Virus record (IMG/VR): IMGVR_UViG_3300007276_000043
Location: 12,464 to 76,463 of that record
Length of the DNA: 64,000 nucleotides
DNA from: a virus
Direction: 5' to 3' (one strand)
Every line of letters begins with the position of its first letter. The stretch's first letter is position 1. The notes under the pieces were generated by a model. The model made no database searches. It saw only the letters and a program-made list of their open reading frames with translations, and was not told where the DNA came from. The position numbers were made by a program, and so were the translations under genes. Below, in pieces: positions 27,761 through 36,394 of the stretch.

Positions 27761-28162
27761 TTATTTTTCTGGTGTCTCTGGTGTGCCTGTCTTATCAAGC
27801 ATCTTGCTAATTCCCATTGCAGCAGCGGCGGCTGGTACAGCTAAAAGACCAAGGTCTTTGAGAACACTAATGACCATCATAATATTCTCTGGTGTGATGT
27901 GTTCCATAGAAGGTGATTCGTTGAGTGGTACATCCATCACATCGGAGAAAAGCATTTCAAGCATTCCTTCAACATCAGCACGGCTAAGATTATTAACTTC
28001 TACAAAGTTTTGAAACTCTCCAAATATTTCTTTTGGTGATAGTCGCTTGGGCATATCAAGTGCATTATATATTTCATCTTCACCACCCATATCGTGATAA
28101 TCGCCTTCTGTTTGTACTTCTTCTTGAATAAGTTTTTTAAGTAATTTTGCTGTGAGTTTCAT
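27761..28162 (-). CDS. Hypothetical protein with MKLTAKLLKKLIQEE tag
   Basis: ATGA overlap at 28162; acidic body; hydrophobic C-terminal helix. Confidence 0.65.
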   Translation of the reverse strand: MKLTAKLLKKLIQEEVQTEGDYHDMGGEDEIYNALDMPKRLSPKEIFGEFQNFVEVNNLSRADVEGMLEMLFSDVMDVPLNESPSMEHITPENIMMVISVLKDLGLLAVPAAAAAMGISKMLDKTGTPETPEK

Positions 28163-28359
28163 TTTTTGCATCCTTTTGGTAAATGAGATCTTAAAGATTT
28201 TTTATATACTTCAATATCGGGTTGTGACCATCTTTTTTTGGGACAATAAGTTCTGTGATCTTCTTGGTCTTGAAGAAACAATTCTAATGCTCTCATATCT
28301 CTTTTGAGATTATCATCTCCACCGGTTAACATAGAAGCGATTAGAAGAGCCGCTTTCAT
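28159..28359 (-). CDS. Small hypothetical protein
   Basis: ATGA-coupled at both ends; GAGGAG SD. Confidence 0.6.
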   Translation of the reverse strand: MKAALLIASMLTGGDDNLKRDMRALELFLQDQEDHRTYCPKKRWSQPDIEVYKKSLRSHLPKGCKK

Positions 28360-28640
28360 TGCTCTCTCCTCGTCACCATCGACTCGATCCGTCCCAGAGA
28401 CCCCTTCATATATTCGATGTCTTTTTCCATTCCGATTATTTGCTTTGAGTTGTCGTCGGAATTTAGAATTTTTTTTTCTAGGGACTCAATAACTTGTTCG
28501 GCGTCACCTAAATCATTTTTAAGTTCGGCAACCTTTAAATTGGTTGACCAAACCCAGCCAGCAAGTGGAAGAACCAATACTGACATAAGTAAGGAAAATA
28601 ATTTCCAAATATCATCTTTTGTTATATTAGCCATGTTCAT
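28356..28640 (-). CDS. Single-TM coiled-coil protein
   Basis: TM (LFSLLMSVLVLPLAGWVW) followed by heptad repeats. Confidence 0.6.
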   Translation of the reverse strand: MNMANITKDDIWKLFSLLMSVLVLPLAGWVWSTNLKVAELKNDLGDAEQVIESLEKKILNSDDNSKQIIGMEKDIEYMKGSLGRIESMVTRREQ

Positions 28641-29040
28641 TAATCCCTAATTCATCTTCTAAAATTTTATCAATCTCTGAAGGGTTATTCTTTGCTTGTT
28701 TCAGTTTTTTTCTAACTTCAAATTCTTTCTCTATAATAAGAGAATCAAACTCTCCCTTATATTTCTCACGAACAGTCTTCATTGCATTATCATATTTCTG
28801 CTTTGCTTGTTCGCGAAGTTTCTTTTCGGTCTCGTATGCTTTTACAATAGCATCTTTCTCTTGCTTATAATGTTTAAGAGTAAGCTTGGCTTGGATGAGT
28901 TCCGCTCTATTTTGTCTCTTACCAAGAAGATAAACAATAGCAAGAGCAGCAATCATCACAAGCCAACGCCAATGTTGCCGACACCAAACAGAAGCAATGT
29001 CCCACCATTTTTTAATCAACAACATAGACATAAAGCTCAC
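28627..29040 (-). CDS. Single-TM coiled-coil protein (i-spanin-like architecture)
   Basis: TM (WLVMIAALAIVYLLG) then a long charged helix. Confidence 0.5.
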   Translation of the reverse strand: MSFMSMLLIKKWWDIASVWCRQHWRWLVMIAALAIVYLLGKRQNRAELIQAKLTLKHYKQEKDAIVKAYETEKKLREQAKQKYDNAMKTVREKYKGEFDSLIIEKEFEVRKKLKQAKNNPSEIDKILEDELGINEHG

Positions 29041-29246
29041 TCTCCGTGTTTATAAACCTTCACAGTGTCGATGACCGATTGACCACCAACATAAACAATC
29101 GCAATCATGCCCCAGGTTTCTGGGTCAAGAAGCGAATAGGCCATAAGACCGGTTGCTGTTGCGAATACAAGAAGTTTTCTTGAGATTGCTTTTTCAAGCA
29201 ATTGATCAATTACACTTCCGGTTTTTTCTTTTAGTGCTTGTACCAT
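29037..29246 (-). CDS. Small two-TM holin-like protein
   Basis: SRKLLV...W..IAIVYVGGQSVID pattern; 69 aa; AGGAG SD; upstream octamer. Confidence 0.5.
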   Translation of the reverse strand: MVQALKEKTGSVIDQLLEKAISRKLLVFATATGLMAYSLLDPETWGMIAIVYVGGQSVIDTVKVYKHGE

Positions 29247-29269
29247 ATTTATCTCCTAATATGACACAA

Positions 29270-29277
29270 TAAATAGT
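29270..29277 (-). promoter_or_regulatory. Putative late-promoter octamer ACTATTTA
   Basis: Upstream of holin-like gene. Confidence 0.7.
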
Positions 29278-29282
29278 AAGTT

Positions 29283-32200
29283 CTATTTTAAAACAACATT
29301 AGCATATCCATCAATCTTATCTATATCAATGGTCATGTCTACAACATCTTTTAGTGATTCAAGGTGAGATACGAGCAATACAATCTTAAATTGTGTCTTT
29401 ACCATCTCTAACAAACGAACAAATCCTTCCATGTGCTCGGCATCCAATGCTGTTGCTGGTTCATCAAGCACAAAAAGGTTTCCAACTGGTAAGTTAGTAA
29501 TTGAAATCATACCAAGCCGTATAGCCATAGAAGCCAATGTTTTCTCAGCACCAGAAGCCATAGAAAGAGGTCTTGGGTCATATGCTGGGTGTTTGATAAA
29601 TATATCTAACTTGGAGTCTGTATTATCAAAAAAGACCTCGAAGTCAACAATATTAGCCAGAACTTTTCCTATTTCTTCATTAATAATTGGAAGACGATCT
29701 TTAATAATGTTGTATGAGATTCCATTAGCGTGCATACATCGCATAAACATTTCATAAGCAACCCACTTGTTTTCATAGCCCTTATACTCTTCAAGTTCTT
29801 TCTCGATGTTCTTTATGATTTGGGCGGTTGATCCCTGTTCAATAAGACATTCTTGCAACTGCTCATTACATTTAGTATGTACTTGTCGCAGTTGGGATAT
29901 CTTTGTTTCAAGTGCTTTCTTTTCTCTCGTAAGTGTTCCAAGGTTCTCAATGGCTTCTCTGTTTTCTTCATATTCCGCTTCCTGATTTCTTAAACTTTCT
30001 ATTTGATTCTTTAAAAGATTCAACTTGTCTTTATTAGACGATAGTTCCATAGATTTTATTTCATTTTGATTCTGTAATTGATCAATATCTTGAGAAAACT
30101 TATTGTGTCTCTCAATATTAGAAGTAATCTCTTCTGGATTTATAAAGTTTATTTTTTCTTGTATGTCTGAGACAAACTCTTGTAATTCCTCAATCATTTT
30201 GGTTGTGGGCATTATTTTAGTTGAAGCATCGTGAGCATCTTTTACAAACTGATTGCTTACACAATACTTGCAATTAGGATCATACTGGTGTTCGTCAAGA
30301 AGTTTAACTTTTGATTTTAGATTTTCTAATATTTTTGTTTGTTGATTTAATTTTAATGTTATTATTGACTTTCGTTCTTTATGAGTTTTACAAGTTTCAT
30401 TTAGAGAAACAAGTTGTTCATAATTCAAATCGTCAAGAACCATTTTATATTGTTCTACAAACTCTTCATTATTTAATATTTCTTTTTGAAGGTCGATGTT
30501 TTCATGTAAAATTCTCTTAACACCTTCTTCTTTAGAAACAATATCGGCCTTAACTTTATCAATATCAATTATCTCCGCTGGTATTGAAGATATAATATCT
30601 TCTACTTCTTTTAATTTGCCGGTAAAAGATTCAACTGATTTTGTTGTCTTCTGACATTCTTTTTTCTTATTCTCAATTGCTTCAACTATTTCTTCTAAAA
30701 GTTCTTGGTTTTTGGTTATATCTTCAAGATAATTCTTTGCTTCAAACTTCTTAATTAAAGTTTTAATATCAGCGGAGTCCTTTTTGGCTAATTTAAACTT
30801 CTGATCGAAGATATCCAAGTCAAGGAATTTAGCAATAATCTCTTTCCTCTTCGTCGAACCTTCTTTGATAAACGACAGGGAGTCAAGCTGTGAGGCCATA
30901 GAGGTTAGTAGAAAGTCGTCAATCGTACCAAACTTCCTTCTGATATTAGCATCGGTCTCGTTGCGAGTGGTTCCGTTTAAACTCTCTTCAACTCCACCAA
31001 TTTCTTTTGTAAAATCAAGATCAACCTTTGCTTCAATTGTTTCCTTGCCTTTTAGTTTTCTTGTATACTTGTTCAAATTGCGAGCAATCTTGTATGTCGC
31101 ATTATCTGATTCTATTTCAAGAAGAATTTTGGCATCTTGTTTGTTCTGGTTGATTATGTGGACATTTTTTCTTTCATTTTTAGAAGTTGTATTATACATT
31201 CCGTATAAAACACTATCAATAATAGAAGATTTACCGGAGTAGTTCTTACCAAAAATACCCACGATACCATTAAGTCGATCAAAGTTGATAGTGTTCTTTT
31301 CGCCATAGTTAAAAAGATTGTCCCAAGTCGCACTCTTAAGTTTCCAAATAACATTTCTTGTTATCTCCTCGTTTTCTTCAACGGTTTGATTATATTTTCT
31401 GTTTAATTCCAATACCTTATCCATGATTCCATCATCGAGTTCCATATCTTTAAGGTATTTTCTAATATATTTCTCTTGTACTGTGATATCTCGGAGGTTT
31501 TCTTTCTTTAAAGCATCGGAAAGGTTTGTCTTTTCGTTACCTTTGTAGCTCGTCTTGACACTAAATGAGACACTTATTGGTCGCCACTTAACCTTGGCAA
31601 AATCCATCGCTCTTTTCATTTTAATTGGAGGTATAAGATTAGAACCAATTAAACGCAAGCGACAACCAATAGGAACATCAACTTTGGGCAATTGTCCTGT
31701 CTTAGTTAACACAACGTTAACAAACGGACGAGGGTTGTTAAGCTTATGAAATTTAACCTTAAAATCTGTTTTGTCGTTAATGTGCCACATTAAGTAGCCT
31801 TTATCAACATCCTCTCCAAAGTTCTGCTGAACAGTGGAGCCGCAATATGCTATTGTGCCTGTCTTATTAAGGAACTGCTTCTTATGTATATCTCCGAGCA
31901 TAGCATAATCAAAATTCTTGAATATATCCGAATCATGCTCTCCAAACTCCATGGTATAGCCTAAATCGGTTTGACAATTTGAGATTGCTCCATGGTATAG
32001 GGCGACATTAATCTTGCTATCATCGGTGGGCTGTGTCCAATTTTCTTCGTCAAACACTGAAAGGACATTAAATACTATCTTATCATCGAGTGAAAATTCA
32101 CCGGCATCTTTGAGAAAATGAAGATTAGGGTGCTTTAGTGCTGCGACGATTGGACCAATAGCATCTTCGCGATTAGCATTTTTAAGGTTACCATCGTGGT

Positions 32201-32450
32201 TACCTGCTATAATAATAGTGGGTGCTACATTCGCAAGGTTACTTAAAAACTCTGTTGCAAGAGAAAAATACTCTGGTGATAGTTGTGTCTTTGTGTGAGC
32301 CAAGTCGCCACAATGAACAATATAATCTGGTTGAGATTCTTTCAACTGCTTATAAAGATCAGCAAAGGCTTCACGATATTCAAAATGGTATTTTAAATTA
32401 CGGATATGAGTATCGGCTATATGAGCCAATTTAATTGTCTTGTTATTCAT
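29283..32450 (-). CDS. Fused Mre11/SbcD nuclease + Rad50/SbcC ATPase (gp47-gp46 fusion)
   Basis: Phosphoesterase motifs DTH, GD, GNHD, HG, GDIH; Walker A GKNYSGKSS; Zn hook CKYC; signature SGAEK; Walker B VLDEP; H-loop VSH, all in one 1055-aa ORF. Confidence 0.93.
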   Translation of the reverse strand: MNNKTIKLAHIADTHIRNLKYHFEYREAFADLYKQLKESQPDYIVHCGDLAHTKTQLSPEYFSLATEFLSNLANVAPTIIIAGNHDGNLKNANREDAIGPIVAALKHPNLHFLKDAGEFSLDDKIVFNVLSVFDEENWTQPTDDSKINVALYHGAISNCQTDLGYTMEFGEHDSDIFKNFDYAMLGDIHKKQFLNKTGTIAYCGSTVQQNFGEDVDKGYLMWHINDKTDFKVKFHKLNNPRPFVNVVLTKTGQLPKVDVPIGCRLRLIGSNLIPPIKMKRAMDFAKVKWRPISVSFSVKTSYKGNEKTNLSDALKKENLRDITVQEKYIRKYLKDMELDDGIMDKVLELNRKYNQTVEENEEITRNVIWKLKSATWDNLFNYGEKNTINFDRLNGIVGIFGKNYSGKSSIIDSVLYGMYNTTSKNERKNVHIINQNKQDAKILLEIESDNATYKIARNLNKYTRKLKGKETIEAKVDLDFTKEIGGVEESLNGTTRNETDANIRRKFGTIDDFLLTSMASQLDSLSFIKEGSTKRKEIIAKFLDLDIFDQKFKLAKKDSADIKTLIKKFEAKNYLEDITKNQELLEEIVEAIENKKKECQKTTKSVESFTGKLKEVEDIISSIPAEIIDIDKVKADIVSKEEGVKRILHENIDLQKEILNNEEFVEQYKMVLDDLNYEQLVSLNETCKTHKERKSIITLKLNQQTKILENLKSKVKLLDEHQYDPNCKYCVSNQFVKDAHDASTKIMPTTKMIEELQEFVSDIQEKINFINPEEITSNIERHNKFSQDIDQLQNQNEIKSMELSSNKDKLNLLKNQIESLRNQEAEYEENREAIENLGTLTREKKALETKISQLRQVHTKCNEQLQECLIEQGSTAQIIKNIEKELEEYKGYENKWVAYEMFMRCMHANGISYNIIKDRLPIINEEIGKVLANIVDFEVFFDNTDSKLDIFIKHPAYDPRPLSMASGAEKTLASMAIRLGMISITNLPVGNLFVLDEPATALDAEHMEGFVRLLEMVKTQFKIVLLVSHLESLKDVVDMTIDIDKIDGYANVVLK

Positions 32451-32458
32451 TGAAGTTC

Positions 32459-33910
32459 CTATTGTTCAGGTTTCAGTTTTTTTATCAAGTCGTTTGCTGT
32501 CTTTTTATATTCCTCTATGTCCGTCCAACCTTGTTCTGGGAACATAATATTATTTGGAGCATAGTTTACCAATGGGATTGAGAATCCCGTGTATCGATGT
32601 TTAGTAAACATAACCTTAGAGAACTCGCCTGTCAAGATTAAATTAATAATTTTTCTTGTTATCTCTAGAGAAATTCTTTTTCCTTTTCCGTAACCACCAC
32701 CAGTCCAACCAGTATTAACAAGCCAGCAGTTAATATTGTGTTCTTCTATTTTGTTCTTCAGTAAGTTAGCATATGTATCAACCTTTAAAGGCATAAATGG
32801 TTGTCCGAAACAGGCTGAGAAGGTTGGGACAGGCTCTTTAACACCTTTCTCAGTTCCAGCAACTTTAGCAGTATATCCAAGTTTAAATTGCTGAACTGCT
32901 TCTTCTGTGGATAATTTCATCACTGGCGGTAGAACTCCGAAAGCATCACAAGTCAACATAACAATGTTTTTAGGGTGCTTATTAACATAGCCCATTATAT
33001 GGGAATTGGGCACCACATCCGTTGAATAAGAGGCTCTACCGTTCTCTGTGATGGACCCATCATCAAAGTCGGGCTTACCGTCTTTCATTACAACATTTTC
33101 CAATATCGTTCCTACCGACTTACAAGCATTCCAGATCTCTGGTTCTCCTGTTTCTGAAAGGCGAATGGTTTTAGCGTAACAGCCGCCTTCGATATTTGTA
33201 AGACCATTATCTGTCCAAAGGTGTTCATCATCGCCAATTAAGACTCTATTGGGGTCAGCAGATAGGGTTGTTTTACCTGTGCCTGATAATCCAAAGAAAA
33301 TAGTTGGATTTTCATTGCCCTTATCAACGTTCACAGAACAATGCATTGGTAGAAAGCCTTTACTCGGTGTTAAAAAATTGATAAGAGTAAAAGCCGCTTT
33401 CTTGATTTCACCAGCATAATAAGTTCCAGAAATAAGAATTAACTTTTCTGATACTGAAATCATTACCCTTGGTTCGTCTAAAAGTGACGGCAAGTGTAAA
33501 ATAGTATATATATCAGTGACTTCCGGCGAATCTATAACTTGTTCTTTTGTGATAAACATATTCCTAACAAACTGTGAGTGTCTCGCATATTCCGTATATA
33601 CACGGAATCCAATTGCATGCTCAGGGTCTCTTATTAGAAGAGCGTCTTGTAAGTAAACTTCTTTATCTTTGACTGTGTTTAAGAACTTTCTCTTCATTTT
33701 ATTAAAAGCACCTTTGGTCATTTTTTGATTCTCGGACCAATCTACTTTTGTTTTTGTTTGCTTCTCATTAACAATATACTTTGCTGTTGGGCAGCGACCA
33801 GTATATTCACCAGTATAAGTGACGAGTGCTCCGTCTTCCGTTAAAGAACAACCTTCTTTTTCTATGGCGATCTCTAACAGTTTCGGTGTTTCTAAATTTT
33901 TATAAATCAT
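32459..33910 (-). CDS. pckA: Phosphoenolpyruvate carboxykinase (ATP)
   Basis: TGR.P..KYIV, YAGEIKK, PMHCS, FFGLSGTGKTTLSAD, LIGDDEH, N.EGGCYAK, LENV, TEN.RASY, DAFGVLPP, GYTAKVAGTE, FSACFG.PF, WLVNTGW. Confidence 0.96.
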   Translation of the reverse strand: MIYKNLETPKLLEIAIEKEGCSLTEDGALVTYTGEYTGRCPTAKYIVNEKQTKTKVDWSENQKMTKGAFNKMKRKFLNTVKDKEVYLQDALLIRDPEHAIGFRVYTEYARHSQFVRNMFITKEQVIDSPEVTDIYTILHLPSLLDEPRVMISVSEKLILISGTYYAGEIKKAAFTLINFLTPSKGFLPMHCSVNVDKGNENPTIFFGLSGTGKTTLSADPNRVLIGDDEHLWTDNGLTNIEGGCYAKTIRLSETGEPEIWNACKSVGTILENVVMKDGKPDFDDGSITENGRASYSTDVVPNSHIMGYVNKHPKNIVMLTCDAFGVLPPVMKLSTEEAVQQFKLGYTAKVAGTEKGVKEPVPTFSACFGQPFMPLKVDTYANLLKNKIEEHNINCWLVNTGWTGGGYGKGKRISLEITRKIINLILTGEFSKVMFTKHRYTGFSIPLVNYAPNNIMFPEQGWTDIEEYKKTANDLIKKLKPEQ

Positions 33911-34845
33911 AAATTCCTCAAAGCATTAATTAGAAAAAAATTGTCGTAATCTACCGACTTTGCTTGGTTTTTTCTCTCAATAAAAACGTCATGAGACATA
34001 GAACCAACGTCCTCACAACCAGAGGTATCTATTTCAAGCAACTCGATATCATATTGTAGCATATTTTTAACGATTTGTCCAGTCTTTTTTTTCGCGTCTT
34101 CGTCTAAAGCCAAGTAAACTGGTGTATCATTTATCGCAATTGCTTGAAATAGTTTGGTGTTTTCTCGGAGAGTTGAGCCGAGAATAGGAATAGCGTTTTC
34201 CCCAGCCACTATGGCGTCAAAAACTCCTTCTACGAGGATCACCGGACTATCCCAGTCTACAGAAAGTTGATTGAATATTATGTCCTTCTCGGCTGTTGGA
34301 TTGAGATACTTTCTCTGGTGACCAACATACGATCTCGCAATAAAATAATTAACATTTCCGTCGTTGTTAAAAGACGGTATAATTACTCTGCCGCCGAAAC
34401 GACCATCGTCACAATAACCAATCTTCCATTTCAATATTTGTTCTCTGGTTATTCCTCTCAATTGAAGATAGTTGAGAACTCTTTTGGAGGAGTAGGGCAG
34501 GTGCTTGTTACAAAGAGAGATAAATTTCTCTGGTAGTTCAATTACTTGCTCTTCTTCTACATCATTCATTTCTGCGAAGATATTCTCAAATTCGTTTAAA
34601 TCAAGACGACCTTCAAGTTCAAGCCACTTCTGTCGTTGTTGGTATGTTCCAAATTTACGAACAAGACGATAAATGTTCTTGCCGCTAGCAGAACATACCC
34701 AACATTTATAGCAACCTTTCGCAAAATTAACGGACATTTTCTTTTTGTGGTGATTACAAACTGGGCAAGAAAAAATAAACTCGTCTCTAGACTTTCTATA
34801 AGATCCAAGTATATTACAAATAATCTTCTTTTTTTGCTCAAACAT
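33907..34845 (-). CDS. DNA primase (Zn finger + TOPRIM)
   Basis: CPVC.H...CWVC; YL..RGI; RVIIP; LVEGVFDA; ALDEDA. Confidence 0.9.
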   Translation of the reverse strand: MFEQKKKIICNILGSYRKSRDEFIFSCPVCNHHKKKMSVNFAKGCYKCWVCSASGKNIYRLVRKFGTYQQRQKWLELEGRLDLNEFENIFAEMNDVEEEQVIELPEKFISLCNKHLPYSSKRVLNYLQLRGITREQILKWKIGYCDDGRFGGRVIIPSFNNDGNVNYFIARSYVGHQRKYLNPTAEKDIIFNQLSVDWDSPVILVEGVFDAIVAGENAIPILGSTLRENTKLFQAIAINDTPVYLALDEDAKKKTGQIVKNMLQYDIELLEIDTSGCEDVGSMSHDVFIERKNQAKSVDYDNFFLINALRNL

Positions 34846-34863
34846 AAGTCACCTCTCAAAAAC

Positions 34864-34891
34864 AACATAACATATTATATTATTTTGTCAA
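34864..34891 (-). promoter_or_regulatory. sigma70-type promoter for primase-pckA-sbcDC
   Basis: TTGACA-N16-TATGTT with TG extension; GAGGTG SD follows. Confidence 0.7.
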
Positions 34892-35502
34892 GAAGAAACG
34901 ATTATTCTCATAAAGTCATCATACATTGCTGGTAGTGGGAGGGCTTTTTCTACCTCTTCTTTATTTCCATCAGCAATAGCATTTCTTAAGTTTGTGGCTG
35001 ATATTTCATCGGCATTAACTGTAATTGGGGGTAAATCTGTCTGGGCATTGTTATAGTCTTTTGTTATCTTTGCGAACTTCTCTCCACGACCAGCATCTTT
35101 TGATGAGTGACCAAGAGCAAACACCTTGCCTTGAAATAAAGCAGGGTCGGCGTCCTTTACAAAATCAATAGCATCGGCAAATGGATTTTCATACTCTTTG
35201 CCTTTGCTTGAGATTCTTGAAGACGATCTAATCAACTCAACCTTGGGATCTTTGGTAACTCCGTAAAGATCAAATATTTTAAGAGTTTTATCAACATCAA
35301 AAGACATCGTTCCGTCGTCACTTTGTCTCGGAGCAGAACCAACAAACACAAATACCTTCTCGACATCGGGGTGTTCGGCATATTTTCTGATCATTTGAAG
35401 GTGACCTTTATGTGGAGGTTTATACCCACCGGGCAAAAGAATAATATATTTATCTTTTTCTTCGGTTAAGAATCTTCTCCAATTTTCAAACAGTCTTCTC
35501 AT
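34888..35502 (-). CDS. HxGH nucleotidyltransferase (cytidylyltransferase-like)
   Basis: PGGYKPPHKGH and ISATNLR motifs; N-terminal LFENWRRFLTE tag. Confidence 0.85.
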   Translation of the reverse strand: MRRLFENWRRFLTEEKDKYIILLPGGYKPPHKGHLQMIRKYAEHPDVEKVFVFVGSAPRQSDDGTMSFDVDKTLKIFDLYGVTKDPKVELIRSSSRISSKGKEYENPFADAIDFVKDADPALFQGKVFALGHSSKDAGRGEKFAKITKDYNNAQTDLPPITVNADEISATNLRNAIADGNKEEVEKALPLPAMYDDFMRIIVSS

Positions 35503-35840
35503 AATAAGGCTTTCCTTTCATTATAAATAGCCATTATTCTATAAAGAGACTCCAAAGCATCAGGATCAAGATATCTTTGTGGTATTCCGATTACCTCTAA
35601 AGACATTGTTATTGAAGCCTTTTCGTTTACCTCTAAGAATGCAAATTTAAAATAATTTGCTCTTTCCTCAACTTGTTGTTCGTAATCTTCAGCCTCATTA
35701 TCAAGGCTCATATCTTGAAAAGCAAGGTATTCAAACCATTCGTATAATTCTTCCGCTGCTTTATTAAGAGCATATCGGTTTAGATTAACAACTTTGCTAT
35801 TATCTACTGATTTGTTCCACTCTTCAAAGTGCTTTTTCAT
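35499..35840 (-). CDS. Hypothetical acidic protein
   Basis: ATGA-coupled; MKKHFEEWNK start. Confidence 0.6.
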   Translation of the reverse strand: MKKHFEEWNKSVDNSKVVNLNRYALNKAAEELYEWFEYLAFQDMSLDNEAEDYEQQVEERANYFKFAFLEVNEKASITMSLEVIGIPQRYLDPDALESLYRIMAIYNERKALL

Positions 35841-35841
35841 T

Positions 35842-36363
35842 TTACTCTTTTACGAAATCAAGCGTTCCCTTGTTGGCATCACGAACTCTTTGTTGCATAG
35901 TTTTAGATGAAGCATCGTCTTCTTTCTCTGCTTGGTCGGCTGAGACTTTGCCCTGGAGTTTATCTACTTTTAATTTTAATGCTTGTAGTGCTTCCGGTGA
36001 ATCAACTTGGCTAGCCATTTGATCAACTAAATAAGCATCAGCCATTTGATCTTTCTCAAGATCTCCAAAACTAAGTTTTTCTGCTGGGTTGCTTGCTATG
36101 TCTTTTGCTAAATCTGCTGCACCTTTCAAAGAAGTGTCTTTTTGTGAAAGTATCTGAAGAGCACTGGAGACGACATCCATAGTTGCATCATCAGCATTCT
36201 CAAATCCAGCACCCATAGCATTAGGGCTGAAACCCATACCTAAGCCCAATAGGAGAGCGGCGATCTTCTGCTTCATTCCTTCTTCAAGCAATTCTTGTTC
36301 GGTTTTCTCAGGAGTTGAAAAATTTCTCCAACCTTCCATGATAAGTTTCATATCTTTAGACAT
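35842..36363 (-). CDS. Hypothetical protein with MKLIMEGWRNF tag
   Basis: GAGG SD, upstream octamer; hydrophobic stretch after LLEE. Confidence 0.65.
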   Translation of the reverse strand: MSKDMKLIMEGWRNFSTPEKTEQELLEEGMKQKIAALLLGLGMGFSPNAMGAGFENADDATMDVVSSALQILSQKDTSLKGAADLAKDIASNPAEKLSFGDLEKDQMADAYLVDQMASQVDSPEALQALKLKVDKLQGKVSADQAEKEDDASSKTMQQRVRDANKGTLDFVKE

Positions 36364-36386
36364 AATAAATCCTCTTAATTTATCCT

Positions 36387-36394
36387 TAATTAGT
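36387..36394 (-). promoter_or_regulatory. Putative late-promoter octamer ACTAATTA
   Basis: Upstream of the 173-aa tagged gene. Confidence 0.6.

Noticed and set aside
19286-33910. Bacterial chromosome or prophage flank suggested by rpsU, pckA and sbcCD
   Set aside because: Each is tightly coupled to phage genes on the same strand; no other housekeeping context or integrase is present
22730-34845. Inteins, introns or homing endonucleases in terL, portal, primase or SbcCD
   Set aside because: Lengths and motif spacing are continuous; no intein termini, LAGLIDADG, HNH or GIY-YIG motifs noticed
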